Positions 37,025 through 46,234 of a stretch of 64,000 nucleotides of DNA are shown in pieces. A program made the position numbers and the translations under genes. Positions within the stretch are counted from its first letter, which is position 1. Each line of letters opens with the position of its first letter. The notes beneath the pieces were generated by a model that saw only the letters and a program-made list of their open reading frames with translations, was not told where the DNA came from and made no database searches. The stretch is from an archaeon (lineage in GTDB: Bacteria; Gemmatimonadota; Glassbacteria; GWA2-58-10), in the NCBI GenBank assembly GCA_035528795.1, contig DATKXY010000274.1:958-64957 (forward strand). The letters are read 5' to 3'.

Positions 37025-40000
37025 TTGCTCCACTCCAAAATCATAGGCCGGCTTTTTATCACTTTAACTTTTCCCCTTTGCAGCCTGGCACTCTCCGCTG
37101 GAGCACAGAAAGAGGATTCACCACTCGATTCACTCCGAGTTGAGAACTACCAGCTCAAAGAACGCCTGAATTTTCTGGAGGCGCGCAGGGAAGCTTTCCG
37201 CTGGGGCCGTTTCACTGAGGGCGCAGTGCTTCGCTCGGGATCGGTCATGCATTCGGAGCTCACACCTGAGGGAAGGCTGGCCTTTGCCACAGACAGGCAG
37301 GGAGTTATCTTTTTCGATGGGACTGTTTTCGAGATTGTAAACAGCCGCTTCTCCGGGCTCCAGGATGATTTTGTCACCTCACTGGCCCCCCTTGACGGAA
37401 ACCGGGCCTACCTGGCTACAGGCTCCGGCCTTGTTTTTTACGACCAGGGAACCGTGACCAGATGTGAAAATATCCCCGCTGAACTGGAAACAGCACCGGT
37501 AAGCTGCCTGGCGGCTCAAGGAGAAAAAGATCTCTGGGTCGGCACGCAGGGCATGGGGCTTTGGCATCTCTCAGGGGACAGGTGGGAAAACTTCCAAGCA
37601 GATACGGATTCCACGGGCCTGAGTAATAACGATATCAACTCTCTGGTTGTGGAACCGAACACGGAAACGGTTTGGGTCGGCACGGCAGGCGGAGGCGTTT
37701 ACCGCCTGGGTCCCCAAGGCTGGCAGAGATTCGAGGAGCCCCTTGGACCTGGAAGCAGTGAGGTGTATTGTCTGACCCTGGATGCCGACGGTCTGATTTG
37801 GATCGGCACGGTCAGTGCCGGCGCAGGTTTCTGGGATGGTATCGCCTGGCGCAAAGCCCCCCTCCCTTTGGAGGAAAACGAAGGGGTGGTCAATATCGCC
37901 GTGCTCTCTGATGGAGACCTGTTTTTCGGCTCCACCGCCGGCTCTTTTATCTACGACCGGGCAGCCGGACTCTGGCAGAGGCTCCCGGTTCCGGAAGAGC
38001 TGGCCCCCTATCCGATAATTTCAGCCTGCGAAGCCTGCGACCACCTCTGGCTCTCCCCCTCCGGCCAGGGCCTCTACCTCTATGACCGGGGCGTGATCGA
38101 ACGCTACAGCCAGGAACAAGGTCTGCCTTCAAACATAGTCTACCATATCGCCCAGGCGGAAGACAACCGCATCTGGTGCGCCACATGGAACGGGGTCGGT
38201 ATTTTCGACGGGCGAAGGTGGAAAAGAATGGGACGCGGGGATGGTCTGCCCAGCGACCTTGTCAATTTCGTTCTTTTCGGCAAGGAGGACAAGGCCTGTT
38301 TTGGTACGCACAGTGGCGTGGCCATTCTTTCCGCGGGACAGTGGACGGTTTATGACCGGGATAACGGCCTGACGAGCAACACTATCAACCACCTCTCGCT
38401 GGACAGCCGAAACAGGCTCTGGATCAGTACAGAGGGCGGAGGTCTGGGTGTTCTGGAGGGCGATTCGCTGAAAATATTCAGCGCCAGCGACGGGCTGCCC
38501 AGCAATCAGGTGCAGGCAGCGGCAAATGAGCCGAATGGCACTGTGTGGGTGGCAACCAAAAGGGGGCTGGCCTGTATCGAGCAGGGCCGGGTATTCCCGG
38601 TTGCCGAGGATCAAAGCTCGCCCGGATCAAGGCCCGGCCCATATCATTTCACTGCGCTGGAGGTCACCGCGGACGGTTCGCTGTGGGCCGCCACATACGG
38701 CCAGGGAGTATGGCGTAAAAATGCGCAAGACCAGTGGCGCCAGTTTACTGTAGATAACGGACTGAACTCTAATGAAGTCTATGCAATTGCCAGCAGCCGG
38801 GATGGACGCCTGTTTTTCGGCACAACGATGGGTTTAAGCCTTTATGACGGAAAGTACTGGAGGTCATACGGACCTGCCGACGGCCTTATCTCAGGCGCGG
38901 TCAAAAGTATCACCCCGGCAACTGACGGCGCGCTCTGGCTGGCTTCCGAGGACCAGGGAATTGTCCGTTTCGACCTGACTCGCTTCCAGCCCCCGGAAAC
39001 TTACATCCGCACACCGGAGGGGCTGCTTGTATGCCAGAATGTAAAAAACCGGCTCGTGCAGCTTGTGGCTGCGCAAGACAAAAATAGCGCTCCAGCGCAA
39101 GCCGACACCGCCGGGGGCGTTTTTTATCTTGAAAACCAGTATTATTTCGCCTTACCGGGACCGGCTGTTGTGGATACATTGAGCGCAAGCCGGCTCGAAC
39201 TCTCCGCTTTGGCCATGACACCCTGGTGGCCTGAAACAGCCAAGCAATTCCGTTACAGCTATAAGCTCGACAACAATCCCTGGACTGATTTCAGCTACCA
39301 GGGCACGATCGGCTTCCATGGGCTCGAGCGCGGGATGCACGTGATCAATGTCCGGGCCAAGGGCCCTCACCTGCGGGTTGATCCCACGGCAGCCATTTAC
39401 AGATTCTATGTGGATATACCCACGCTCTGGAGCGACTGGCGCACTTATGCTCTGGCGCTGATCCTCCTTTCCGGGATTTTTGCCGTTATCTTCCGCAAAC
39501 AGCTGACCTGGTACCTCGGCAAACTCCGCCATAGGCATTTCAGGCCTCTCACCCCGAATCCATTCAACCCCAATGTACCGGTAAGAGAAAAAGAGCGCTT
39601 TTTCGGCCGGGAAGAGACACTCAAGGCCTTGAGCGAATCTTTCACCTCGGGACATGTTTCGCTTATTATCCACGGTGAGGAAAAGATCGGCGTGACAAGT
39701 CTCCTGACACAGGCTGCCGATCATGTTAAACAACAGGGAGCCAAAGCTCTGTACCTCGACCTGGCAAGGCTCTACTTCCAGGATGTGAAAGCCTTTATCA
39801 AACACCTGAGCCTTCTGTTGGCCAATGAAACTCCCCCAGCCCCTGATCTGGACAAACAGGCCGATGTATCGCTGGAGGATTTCCGGGAGCTTGTCGGCCA
39901 GGAACAAAGCCCAGTACTCTTCTTTTTTGATAACGCCGAGCTTTTCGGCCGCCTGATTCTCCGCGATGAAAAATCGGGTTCCGAGCTCGCTTCCTGTTTT

Positions 40001-41893
40001 CGTGAGCTGCTGCTCAGCGACAACGGTGCCAGCTTCGTTTTCGGGCTCAAGGCCCTGAACCTTTTCCGGGAACAGGTGGAAGTGCTTTTCGATGTGAGCC
40101 GGATTATCCGTGTCGGCGAGGTCACCCGGGAAGCCGCAAAAGCAATTATCACCAAACCTCTCGCCGGCCGGGCGCTGTTGCATGATGACGCCCTGGACCT
40201 GCTGGTAAGTCTGGCCGGAGGCCATCCTTACCTGCTTTACTGCCTGGGCCAGGAACTGGTGGAACAAGTGAACCGGGAGCGCACAAATCTCTGCACTGAG
40301 GGTCTGGTGTCCCGGACCGTGGAGAGCCTGCTCAAGAACCCACCTGTGCTGCTTGTTGACTGCTGGGATGAGTTGACCAAAAGGGAGAAGCTACTCCTTG
40401 CAGCGGCGGTTTCGGTGTCTTTTTCCAGCGAGAAGCCGGTGATCTTGAGCCTGTCGGACATTGTCGGCATCCTGAGCTCGCACCGGATATCCTTGCTCGA
40501 GGAGGAGCTGGCCAAGGCCTCCGCAGATCTTTCCCATCGAGAATTACTGCTCACCGAGGACGGTGGCGCCAGGATCCGGGTGGAGGATTCACTCTTGAAC
40601 CGCTGGATCTGCGCCAATCAGAATATAGACCTTATCAATGCCCTCGAGGAGTACGATCTGGGCGAGGCCATGCGCAAACTAGGCGATGAACTCGCCCACT
40701 CCTTCAAGATGGATGAGCTGGCCAGGCGAATACTCTCCTTCCTGGACGGGCTGCTGCATTTCGAATGGGGAGCACTCCTGGCCGCGCAGAGCAAGAAGGG
40801 GGAGGGAGAGCAAATACCGCTGACGCAACTTGGAACTGCCGGTTCCGGAGCCCACGGGATAAAACTTCCCGAGAGCCTCTCCGCCAGGATGCTTGAGAGA
40901 TTGAGCCTTAAAGGCGGCGCACTGACTGTCGAGGGACAGGCCCCAGGCGAGGACTCTACTGACCAACCATGGCCATTCCAGCCGGGCACCCTGCTTGTAC
41001 CCATGATGACAAGAGGTACATTTGCGGGTCTCCTCGCTCTCAGCAGAAGGAGGGACGGCGAGCGCTACAGCCGAAGGGACAGGCTGTTTGTGGAAACGAT
41101 CGCCGAGCAGGTCGCTGTGTCTATGGAAAATGTCCGGCTCTACGAAGAAGAAACCGAAAAAGAAAGATTGAAACAGGAACTGGAAACGGCCCGCAAGATG
41201 CAGATGGCCATCCTGCCGGAAAGAAAACCCCAACTCCCTGACCTGGATATTTATGCCTATCTCAACCCGGCAACCGAGGTGGGAGGCGATTACTTCGATT
41301 ATATCCAGGTCGATGGCTCGAAGCTACTTTTTATTATCGCTGATGTAAGCGGCCACGGAATAAGCGCCAGCACCCTGGTATATATGGCAAAAAGCTGTAT
41401 TTTCAACCAGATCAAAACCGACTACAGCGTGGAAAAAGTGATGGCGGCGATGAACGACATGGTCTATGGGGTGCTCAAAGAACGATTGCTGATGACTTTC
41501 TGCTATGCGATATTCGATTTGGAAAAACGCACTCTCAGCTATTCAATCGCCGGACACCCGTTCCCATATCATTACCATGCAAGAGAGGGAAAGCTCAAAG
41601 AGCTGGAGCTTTCCGCCTATCCCCTGGGTGTCACCCCCAAGGCCAAATATAAATCAGTTGAAATCAGTTATCAGCCCGGTGACCTTTTCGCTTTTTACTC
41701 GGATGGAATTATCGAGGGCTCGAATCCCGGCGGCGAGCAATTCGGTTTTCTGCGCTTCGAGCAAATTATTCTCGATAACAAGGATCTTGACGCCGAGGGA
41801 ATAAACCGGAACATGATCGATAGTTTTCATGTTTTCTCAAAAGGTAATCCACAGGACGATGATGTAACTCTGGTAACGATCAAGGCCCAATGA
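37025..41893 (+). CDS. Giant (1622-aa) sensor serine phosphatase. Domain order: signal peptide, periplasmic two-component-regulator beta-propeller repeats plus Y_Y_Y-like region, TM helix, degenerate P-loop NTPase (AAA-like), GAF-like domain, PP2C/SpoIIE phosphatase.
   Basis: Signal peptide LFITLTFPLCSLALSA. Reg_prop-like repeats include GLSNNDINSLVVEPNTETVWVGTAGGGVYRL and LPSNQVQAAANEPNGTVWVAT. TM segment WRTYALALILLSGIFAVIF. NTPase-like FFGREETLKAL...SLIIHGEEKIGVTSLL. The PP2C domain has MQMAILP...GGDYFDY...LFIIADVSGHGISAS...FAFYSDGIIE and C-terminal DDDVTLV. Confidence 0.75.
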   Translation: MLHSKIIGRLFITLTFPLCSLALSAGAQKEDSPLDSLRVENYQLKERLNFLEARREAFRWGRFTEGAVLRSGSVMHSELTPEGRLAFATDRQGVIFFDGTVFEIVNSRFSGLQDDFVTSLAPLDGNRAYLATGSGLVFYDQGTVTRCENIPAELETAPVSCLAAQGEKDLWVGTQGMGLWHLSGDRWENFQADTDSTGLSNNDINSLVVEPNTETVWVGTAGGGVYRLGPQGWQRFEEPLGPGSSEVYCLTLDADGLIWIGTVSAGAGFWDGIAWRKAPLPLEENEGVVNIAVLSDGDLFFGSTAGSFIYDRAAGLWQRLPVPEELAPYPIISACEACDHLWLSPSGQGLYLYDRGVIERYSQEQGLPSNIVYHIAQAEDNRIWCATWNGVGIFDGRRWKRMGRGDGLPSDLVNFVLFGKEDKACFGTHSGVAILSAGQWTVYDRDNGLTSNTINHLSLDSRNRLWISTEGGGLGVLEGDSLKIFSASDGLPSNQVQAAANEPNGTVWVATKRGLACIEQGRVFPVAEDQSSPGSRPGPYHFTALEVTADGSLWAATYGQGVWRKNAQDQWRQFTVDNGLNSNEVYAIASSRDGRLFFGTTMGLSLYDGKYWRSYGPADGLISGAVKSITPATDGALWLASEDQGIVRFDLTRFQPPETYIRTPEGLLVCQNVKNRLVQLVAAQDKNSAPAQADTAGGVFYLENQYYFALPGPAVVDTLSASRLELSALAMTPWWPETAKQFRYSYKLDNNPWTDFSYQGTIGFHGLERGMHVINVRAKGPHLRVDPTAAIYRFYVDIPTLWSDWRTYALALILLSGIFAVIFRKQLTWYLGKLRHRHFRPLTPNPFNPNVPVREKERFFGREETLKALSESFTSGHVSLIIHGEEKIGVTSLLTQAADHVKQQGAKALYLDLARLYFQDVKAFIKHLSLLLANETPPAPDLDKQADVSLEDFRELVGQEQSPVLFFFDNAELFGRLILRDEKSGSELASCFRELLLSDNGASFVFGLKALNLFREQVEVLFDVSRIIRVGEVTREAAKAIITKPLAGRALLHDDALDLLVSLAGGHPYLLYCLGQELVEQVNRERTNLCTEGLVSRTVESLLKNPPVLLVDCWDELTKREKLLLAAAVSVSFSSEKPVILSLSDIVGILSSHRISLLEEELAKASADLSHRELLLTEDGGARIRVEDSLLNRWICANQNIDLINALEEYDLGEAMRKLGDELAHSFKMDELARRILSFLDGLLHFEWGALLAAQSKKGEGEQIPLTQLGTAGSGAHGIKLPESLSARMLERLSLKGGALTVEGQAPGEDSTDQPWPFQPGTLLVPMMTRGTFAGLLALSRRRDGERYSRRDRLFVETIAEQVAVSMENVRLYEEETEKERLKQELETARKMQMAILPERKPQLPDLDIYAYLNPATEVGGDYFDYIQVDGSKLLFIIADVSGHGISASTLVYMAKSCIFNQIKTDYSVEKVMAAMNDMVYGVLKERLLMTFCYAIFDLEKRTLSYSIAGHPFPYHYHAREGKLKELELSAYPLGVTPKAKYKSVEISYQPGDLFAFYSDGIIEGSNPGGEQFGFLRFEQIILDNKDLDAEGINRNMIDSFHVFSKGNPQDDDVTLVTIKAQ

Positions 41894-44043
41894 AAAAAAA
41901 TCAGCCCATAAAAAAAGTCAGTGAAGCCGCGGTCGAAAAAACGGTCGGCAGGCTTGTCGAATTGTCCCGAATCAGCAGTCTCTTTCTGGAAGCCGAAAAA
42001 GTCGAGGCGGCGCTTGCCGAAGCGCTCGGGATAATCCGGCGCCTGCTCTGCCATGAGAGGGTATATATCTATCTATACGAAGAGGATGACAGGCTGCTTC
42101 TGCCCTTTGACTCAAGCCAGAACACCGCCTGCCCACCGCTCGAGCTGCCCCAAAGCCTGCTGCGACCGCCTGAAGACCGGCGGAAAGGGCCTAAGCTCCA
42201 GTTGAATGACCTTAATAAATTGATTTACTTGAATGGGAAAAACCATTCGGAGCCATGGAGTCTTTTCTTTCAATTAAACAGAAATGCTCTCAAAAAACTC
42301 GAGATCCGGCTGATCGTCCCCCTGGGTACAGGCCGCGATTTCCTGGGCGCGATCCTCCTCGGCGAAAAAAACCGGGATCTCCGGTTGAGCCGGGATCAGC
42401 TTGAGCTGCTGGAGGCTGCGCACATGGAACTCTCTCTCGGTCTGGCCCGCTTCAAGCTTCTGAAATCGATCAAGCGCTCGCATTACGAGACAAAACTCAA
42501 GATTCTCGAACTGGAAACCCTGCAGGACATCGGAATAGCTATTGCAAGTATTCTCGACCTTGATCAACTGACAAAGGAGCTTCTTCTGCGAGCGGTCTCA
42601 GTGCTCAATGTCAACCGGGCAATGGTACTGGTTAAACGGCCGGGCGAAAGTATCCTCAGCCGTATCGATAAGGAACCGGAGCCTATGTATGTGGCTGAAA
42701 CCTTTGGTTTGGAAAGGGCCGAGACAGATAAATTATGCTTTTTCGGCGGCTGCGATGCGGTTCTGGAGAATCTGAGGAAAAGAATCCCCACGATTCTTAA
42801 CGATTCCAAGGCTATTCCCCAGGCTCTTGACTGCGGAAAACTGCTGGTGATGCCGATTCAGTTCAAGGGTGAGCTGCTGGGATGCATTATGGTTGGCGAC
42901 AAGGAAGGCCGTTATGGGCAGTTTCCTGATTTCGACCAGGGTGACCTGAGCCTGCTCGGCGCCATGGCCAACCAGGCGGGAGCCGCTATCTCAAATGCCA
43001 AGCTGTACAGTAATGTGCTGGAAATGAAACAATATAACGAGAACATTCTCACCAGTATCGCCAGCGGGGTGATCACCACTGATAACGAAGGCAGAGTGGT
43101 GAGCTATAACGATTCGGCGGCGAAGATTTTCTCAATCCCCGCTTCTCAGGCGATAGGGTTGAAAATTGAGGAGCTTTTCTCAGCGGTAGATCAAGTCACT
43201 CTGGCCGAGAAACTGGCTGCCACTTTAAAAGAGGGAAGCACTTACCAGGAGACAAACCTGCGAGCTCGCACCCCTGCCGGGTCAGAAATTGTATTTAATA
43301 TCAGCCTGACCCAACTTTATGCAGAGGACGAGAAAAAAAGCACCAGAGGCGTGGTGGTCTCAGTGGAAAACATCTCCGAGGGGGCCAGAGTCAAAGAAAT
43401 GCTCAAGCGCTATGTCAGCGCGAATATAGTGGATCTGGCGCTGGAGAAAGAACACGAGCTGGCCCTGGGCGGCAAATTATGCGAGGTTACCATTCTTTTT
43501 ACCGATATACGGGGATTCACCGAAATGAGCGAGGAGAAAACACCCGGGGAAGTAGTCGACCTTCTCAACAGCTATTTTGACTTGATGATTGATGTGGTTT
43601 TTCGTTACAATGGTACAGTGGATAAAATTGTGGGCGATGAACTAATGGTCCTTTTCGGCGCTCCTTTCGCTTTCAAGGATGACACGCACCGTGCTGTGGG
43701 CTGTGCTCTGGCCATGCTCGAAGCGCTCGGAGAGTTCAACAAGCGCCGTCTGCCGGAAGGGCATGCTCCCCTGGCAATCGGTATCGGTCTGAACCGGGGC
43801 TCTGTGATCTCAGGCAATATCGGCTCGACAAAGCATATGGATTACACGGTCATCGGGGATGCCGTGAACCTGGCCAGCCGCCTTGTAGGCCATGCTGCTA
43901 AAGGTCAGATTCTGATCTCACGCAGCGTGTACGAAAACCTGAACAACTCATTCCTCTGCCGCAGGATGGAAAACATCCGGGTCAAGGGCAAAAAGGACCC
44001 GATAGAAGTTTTCGAGGTTCTGCACAAAAACAGACAAAAATAA
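41890..44043 (+). CDS. GAF/PAS-containing class III adenylate cyclase
   Basis: The C-terminal CHD has ILFTDIRGFTEMSE (metal Asp), KIVGDELMVLFGAP (substrate Lys), YTVIGDAVNLASRL (Asp gives adenine specificity), plus IGIGLNRGSVISGNIGS. Upstream are GAF-like and PAS-like regions. The ATGA start overlaps the stop of the preceding gene. Confidence 0.8.
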   Translation: MKKNQPIKKVSEAAVEKTVGRLVELSRISSLFLEAEKVEAALAEALGIIRRLLCHERVYIYLYEEDDRLLLPFDSSQNTACPPLELPQSLLRPPEDRRKGPKLQLNDLNKLIYLNGKNHSEPWSLFFQLNRNALKKLEIRLIVPLGTGRDFLGAILLGEKNRDLRLSRDQLELLEAAHMELSLGLARFKLLKSIKRSHYETKLKILELETLQDIGIAIASILDLDQLTKELLLRAVSVLNVNRAMVLVKRPGESILSRIDKEPEPMYVAETFGLERAETDKLCFFGGCDAVLENLRKRIPTILNDSKAIPQALDCGKLLVMPIQFKGELLGCIMVGDKEGRYGQFPDFDQGDLSLLGAMANQAGAAISNAKLYSNVLEMKQYNENILTSIASGVITTDNEGRVVSYNDSAAKIFSIPASQAIGLKIEELFSAVDQVTLAEKLAATLKEGSTYQETNLRARTPAGSEIVFNISLTQLYAEDEKKSTRGVVVSVENISEGARVKEMLKRYVSANIVDLALEKEHELALGGKLCEVTILFTDIRGFTEMSEEKTPGEVVDLLNSYFDLMIDVVFRYNGTVDKIVGDELMVLFGAPFAFKDDTHRAVGCALAMLEALGEFNKRRLPEGHAPLAIGIGLNRGSVISGNIGSTKHMDYTVIGDAVNLASRLVGHAAKGQILISRSVYENLNNSFLCRRMENIRVKGKKDPIEVFEVLHKNRQK

Positions 44044-44048
44044 TTGAC

Positions 44049-44486
44049 ATGGGCAGCGAAAAATTAAAATTCGACAGTTGCGTGACTATGACTGTGCCGA
44101 TGGAGGCCAACCAGGAGCTCAAAGTGGCCGAGCGGGCGGAAGAGCTGGCTGTCCGGCTGGGCTTCGAGCGGGATCCGATCGATGAGATAAAGCTCGCCCT
44201 GATTGAAGCCGTAATAAACGCCATCGAGCATGGCAGCAGCCCTGAGCGCAAGGTATTTATTACCTTCGGACTCAACCGGAAGCCTCGCCGGATGGCAATT
44301 GTCATCTCGGATTCCGGCTCAGGCTTTGATCCCGGCGCTGTCGAAATACCGGACATCAAGAAAAAGATGCAAAAAGGCACGCGCAAAAGGGGCTGGGGAC
44401 TGAAAATCATGCGCAGTCTGATGGATGAAGTACGGGTTGAATCTTCCCGGGGTGGGACGCAAATTACCTTGATCAAAAACGGTTAA
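44049..44486 (+). CDS. Anti-sigma regulatory factor-type Ser/Thr kinase (RsbW/SpoIIAB-like HATPase_c)
   Basis: N-box EAVINAIEHG, G1 VISDSGSGFD, G2 RGWGLKIM. 145 aa. It starts 6 nt after the cyclase stop. Confidence 0.75.
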   Translation: MGSEKLKFDSCVTMTVPMEANQELKVAERAEELAVRLGFERDPIDEIKLALIEAVINAIEHGSSPERKVFITFGLNRKPRRMAIVISDSGSGFDPGAVEIPDIKKKMQKGTRKRGWGLKIMRSLMDEVRVESSRGGTQITLIKNG

Positions 44487-44628
44487 AAGTAATTTGACAA
44501 TTAAGCCAGTTCTCTCTACATTAATTCTAGATCTCTGTTAACCTGTTTGCCAAATAGCTTGCTAAAAGAAAATTATGCATCTTGAAACCCAGTTCCATTG
44601 TTCATCCAGATTACCGGAGTAACCACTT

Positions 44629-44979
44629 ATGGCAGAAAATTTTCAAGTAACCATTCGCCGGGAGATTAACTACGCTATCCTTTATACTGATGGCTATATT
44701 AACAATACCGGCGGCGAAAAGATCGCCCAGGAATGTTACAAACTGCTGGATGAAGGGATAAAGCGTTTCATCCTCAATCTGGCCAAGTCACCGATTGTCA
44801 ATAGTGTAGGTATTGCCGTGCTGATTGAGCTCATTGAGAGGGTGCGGGAAGAGGGTGAAAAAGTGATTTTTTGCAATTGCACCCCGGTGATCTCAAAAAC
44901 CTTTAAAATTATGGGATTGACCCAATATGCCGAACTATACGATGATGAAAGGGAAGCTATTGGTAACATTTCATCATGA
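44629..44979 (+). CDS. STAS-domain anti-sigma-factor antagonist (RsbV/SpoIIAA-like)
   Basis: 116 aa. The KRFILNLAKSPIVNSVGIAVLIEL beta-alpha pattern places a Ser (S59, nt 44803-44805) where SpoIIAA-type proteins are phosphorylated. Confidence 0.7.
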   Translation: MAENFQVTIRREINYAILYTDGYINNTGGEKIAQECYKLLDEGIKRFILNLAKSPIVNSVGIAVLIELIERVREEGEKVIFCNCTPVISKTFKIMGLTQYAELYDDEREAIGNISS

Positions 44980-44998
44980 GACAGCGGCGGGCGCAGAA

Positions 44999-46156
44999 AT
45001 GAAAAGGTTTGTCCTCTTATTGGCGATGTTTTTCCTTATGGGTGCGGTCGCCCCTTTGCAAGCCGTATTCGATAAAGCGCAGCTCAACGATAAAAGGTAT
45101 ATCAACATCGTCTTTATCCTCGACTGCTCGGCAAGCATGAACAAGATAATCGGCCCGGTGCGCAAGATCGACATCGCTAAAAAAACCGTGGAATCGATTA
45201 TCAAAAACCTGGCAGTAGAAAGCCATGATGCCGCTTCAATGAAAACGGCTTTGAGAGTTTTCGGTTCCAAGTTCTACAAATGGAAACAGAACTGCGATGA
45301 CACCAGCCTTGAAGTGGCGCTGGATGATATCGAAAAAACCCTGAATCCCATTCTGATCACGGTTAAAAATGTCACGGCCAAAGGCCAGAGTTCGCTTTCT
45401 CTGACCATGGATGCGCTTAAAGGGGATTTCCCGGAAGAGAATGACCAGAGCAATTTTATTGTGGTAGTTTCCGACGGCGATGAATCCTGCGGAGGAAGCC
45501 CTTGCGCTGCTGTTAAACAACTCGCCAGCACAAGCCAGGGGGTTTCTGTAAACACTCTCGGTGTGGAGACCGACCCTGCCGGTTACGAGAATCTCAATTG
45601 TATGGCCAATGCCGGCAACGGCTTATATTTCGACAGCAAGGATGTAGAGGATTTTATTCTTTTCCTCAAAGATAATAACAAAATTATACAGGAAAACCGT
45701 CGGCTGTTCGCTCTGCAAGCCTCAAAGAGCGCGAATGATACTACGCGAATCAAGAAGCGCGATGTGACCGCCGATCTGAAAGAATATGTTCTTGAAGAAG
45801 CTTCTCCGCTCTATCCGGACCGGGATGAACGTTTTCCTGCCATTGATACCTTGAAACCCGAGGACAAACTGTTTTTGATCTCTTCCAGAGGACTCTGGCT
45901 TAATGTTTTCGCACCGGCGAAGCAGATCCAGGGCTGGATCCTGGCCAAAACCGGAGGATCGGAGTACTCGGTAACCGTAACTGATGACAAAACACCTCTT
46001 TATGTGGAGAAGAGCCCATCGAGCCAGGTAGCCGTTTATCTGAACGCGGGCGACCAGCTTACTGTCTTAAAAAAAGAAGGCGCCTGGTATAATGTTTTCA
46101 ACTCGAAACTTAATCTCAAGGGATGGGTTATCGCATTCAATGTAGCGGAGAATTGA
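44999..46156 (+). CDS. Secreted von Willebrand factor A (VWA) domain protein with a C-terminal SH3b-like domain
   Basis: Signal peptide MKRFVLLLAMFFLMGAVAPLQA. VWA fold with IVFILDCSASM (MIDAS DxSxS) and VVVSDGDESCGG. C-terminal SH3b-like GAWYNVFNSKLNLKGWV. A start at 44999 is preferred over the in-frame ATG at 44927, which overlaps the STAS gene. Confidence 0.6.
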   Translation: MKRFVLLLAMFFLMGAVAPLQAVFDKAQLNDKRYINIVFILDCSASMNKIIGPVRKIDIAKKTVESIIKNLAVESHDAASMKTALRVFGSKFYKWKQNCDDTSLEVALDDIEKTLNPILITVKNVTAKGQSSLSLTMDALKGDFPEENDQSNFIVVVSDGDESCGGSPCAAVKQLASTSQGVSVNTLGVETDPAGYENLNCMANAGNGLYFDSKDVEDFILFLKDNNKIIQENRRLFALQASKSANDTTRIKKRDVTADLKEYVLEEASPLYPDRDERFPAIDTLKPEDKLFLISSRGLWLNVFAPAKQIQGWILAKTGGSEYSVTVTDDKTPLYVEKSPSSQVAVYLNAGDQLTVLKKEGAWYNVFNSKLNLKGWVIAFNVAEN

Positions 46157-46234
46157 ATTCCAATGCCTGGGTGGCTGGATTGGCTTGGAATTTTCCTGTG
46201 GCGATCTGATTAATCCTCAACCATAGGCGAAGAT

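Noticed and set aside
39152-40267. 371-aa minus-strand ORF. Similar minus-strand ORFs lie at 38129..38614, 40237..41233 and elsewhere inside 37025..41893.
   Set aside because: These are antisense to the giant sensor gene, whose domain order is coherent along its full length.
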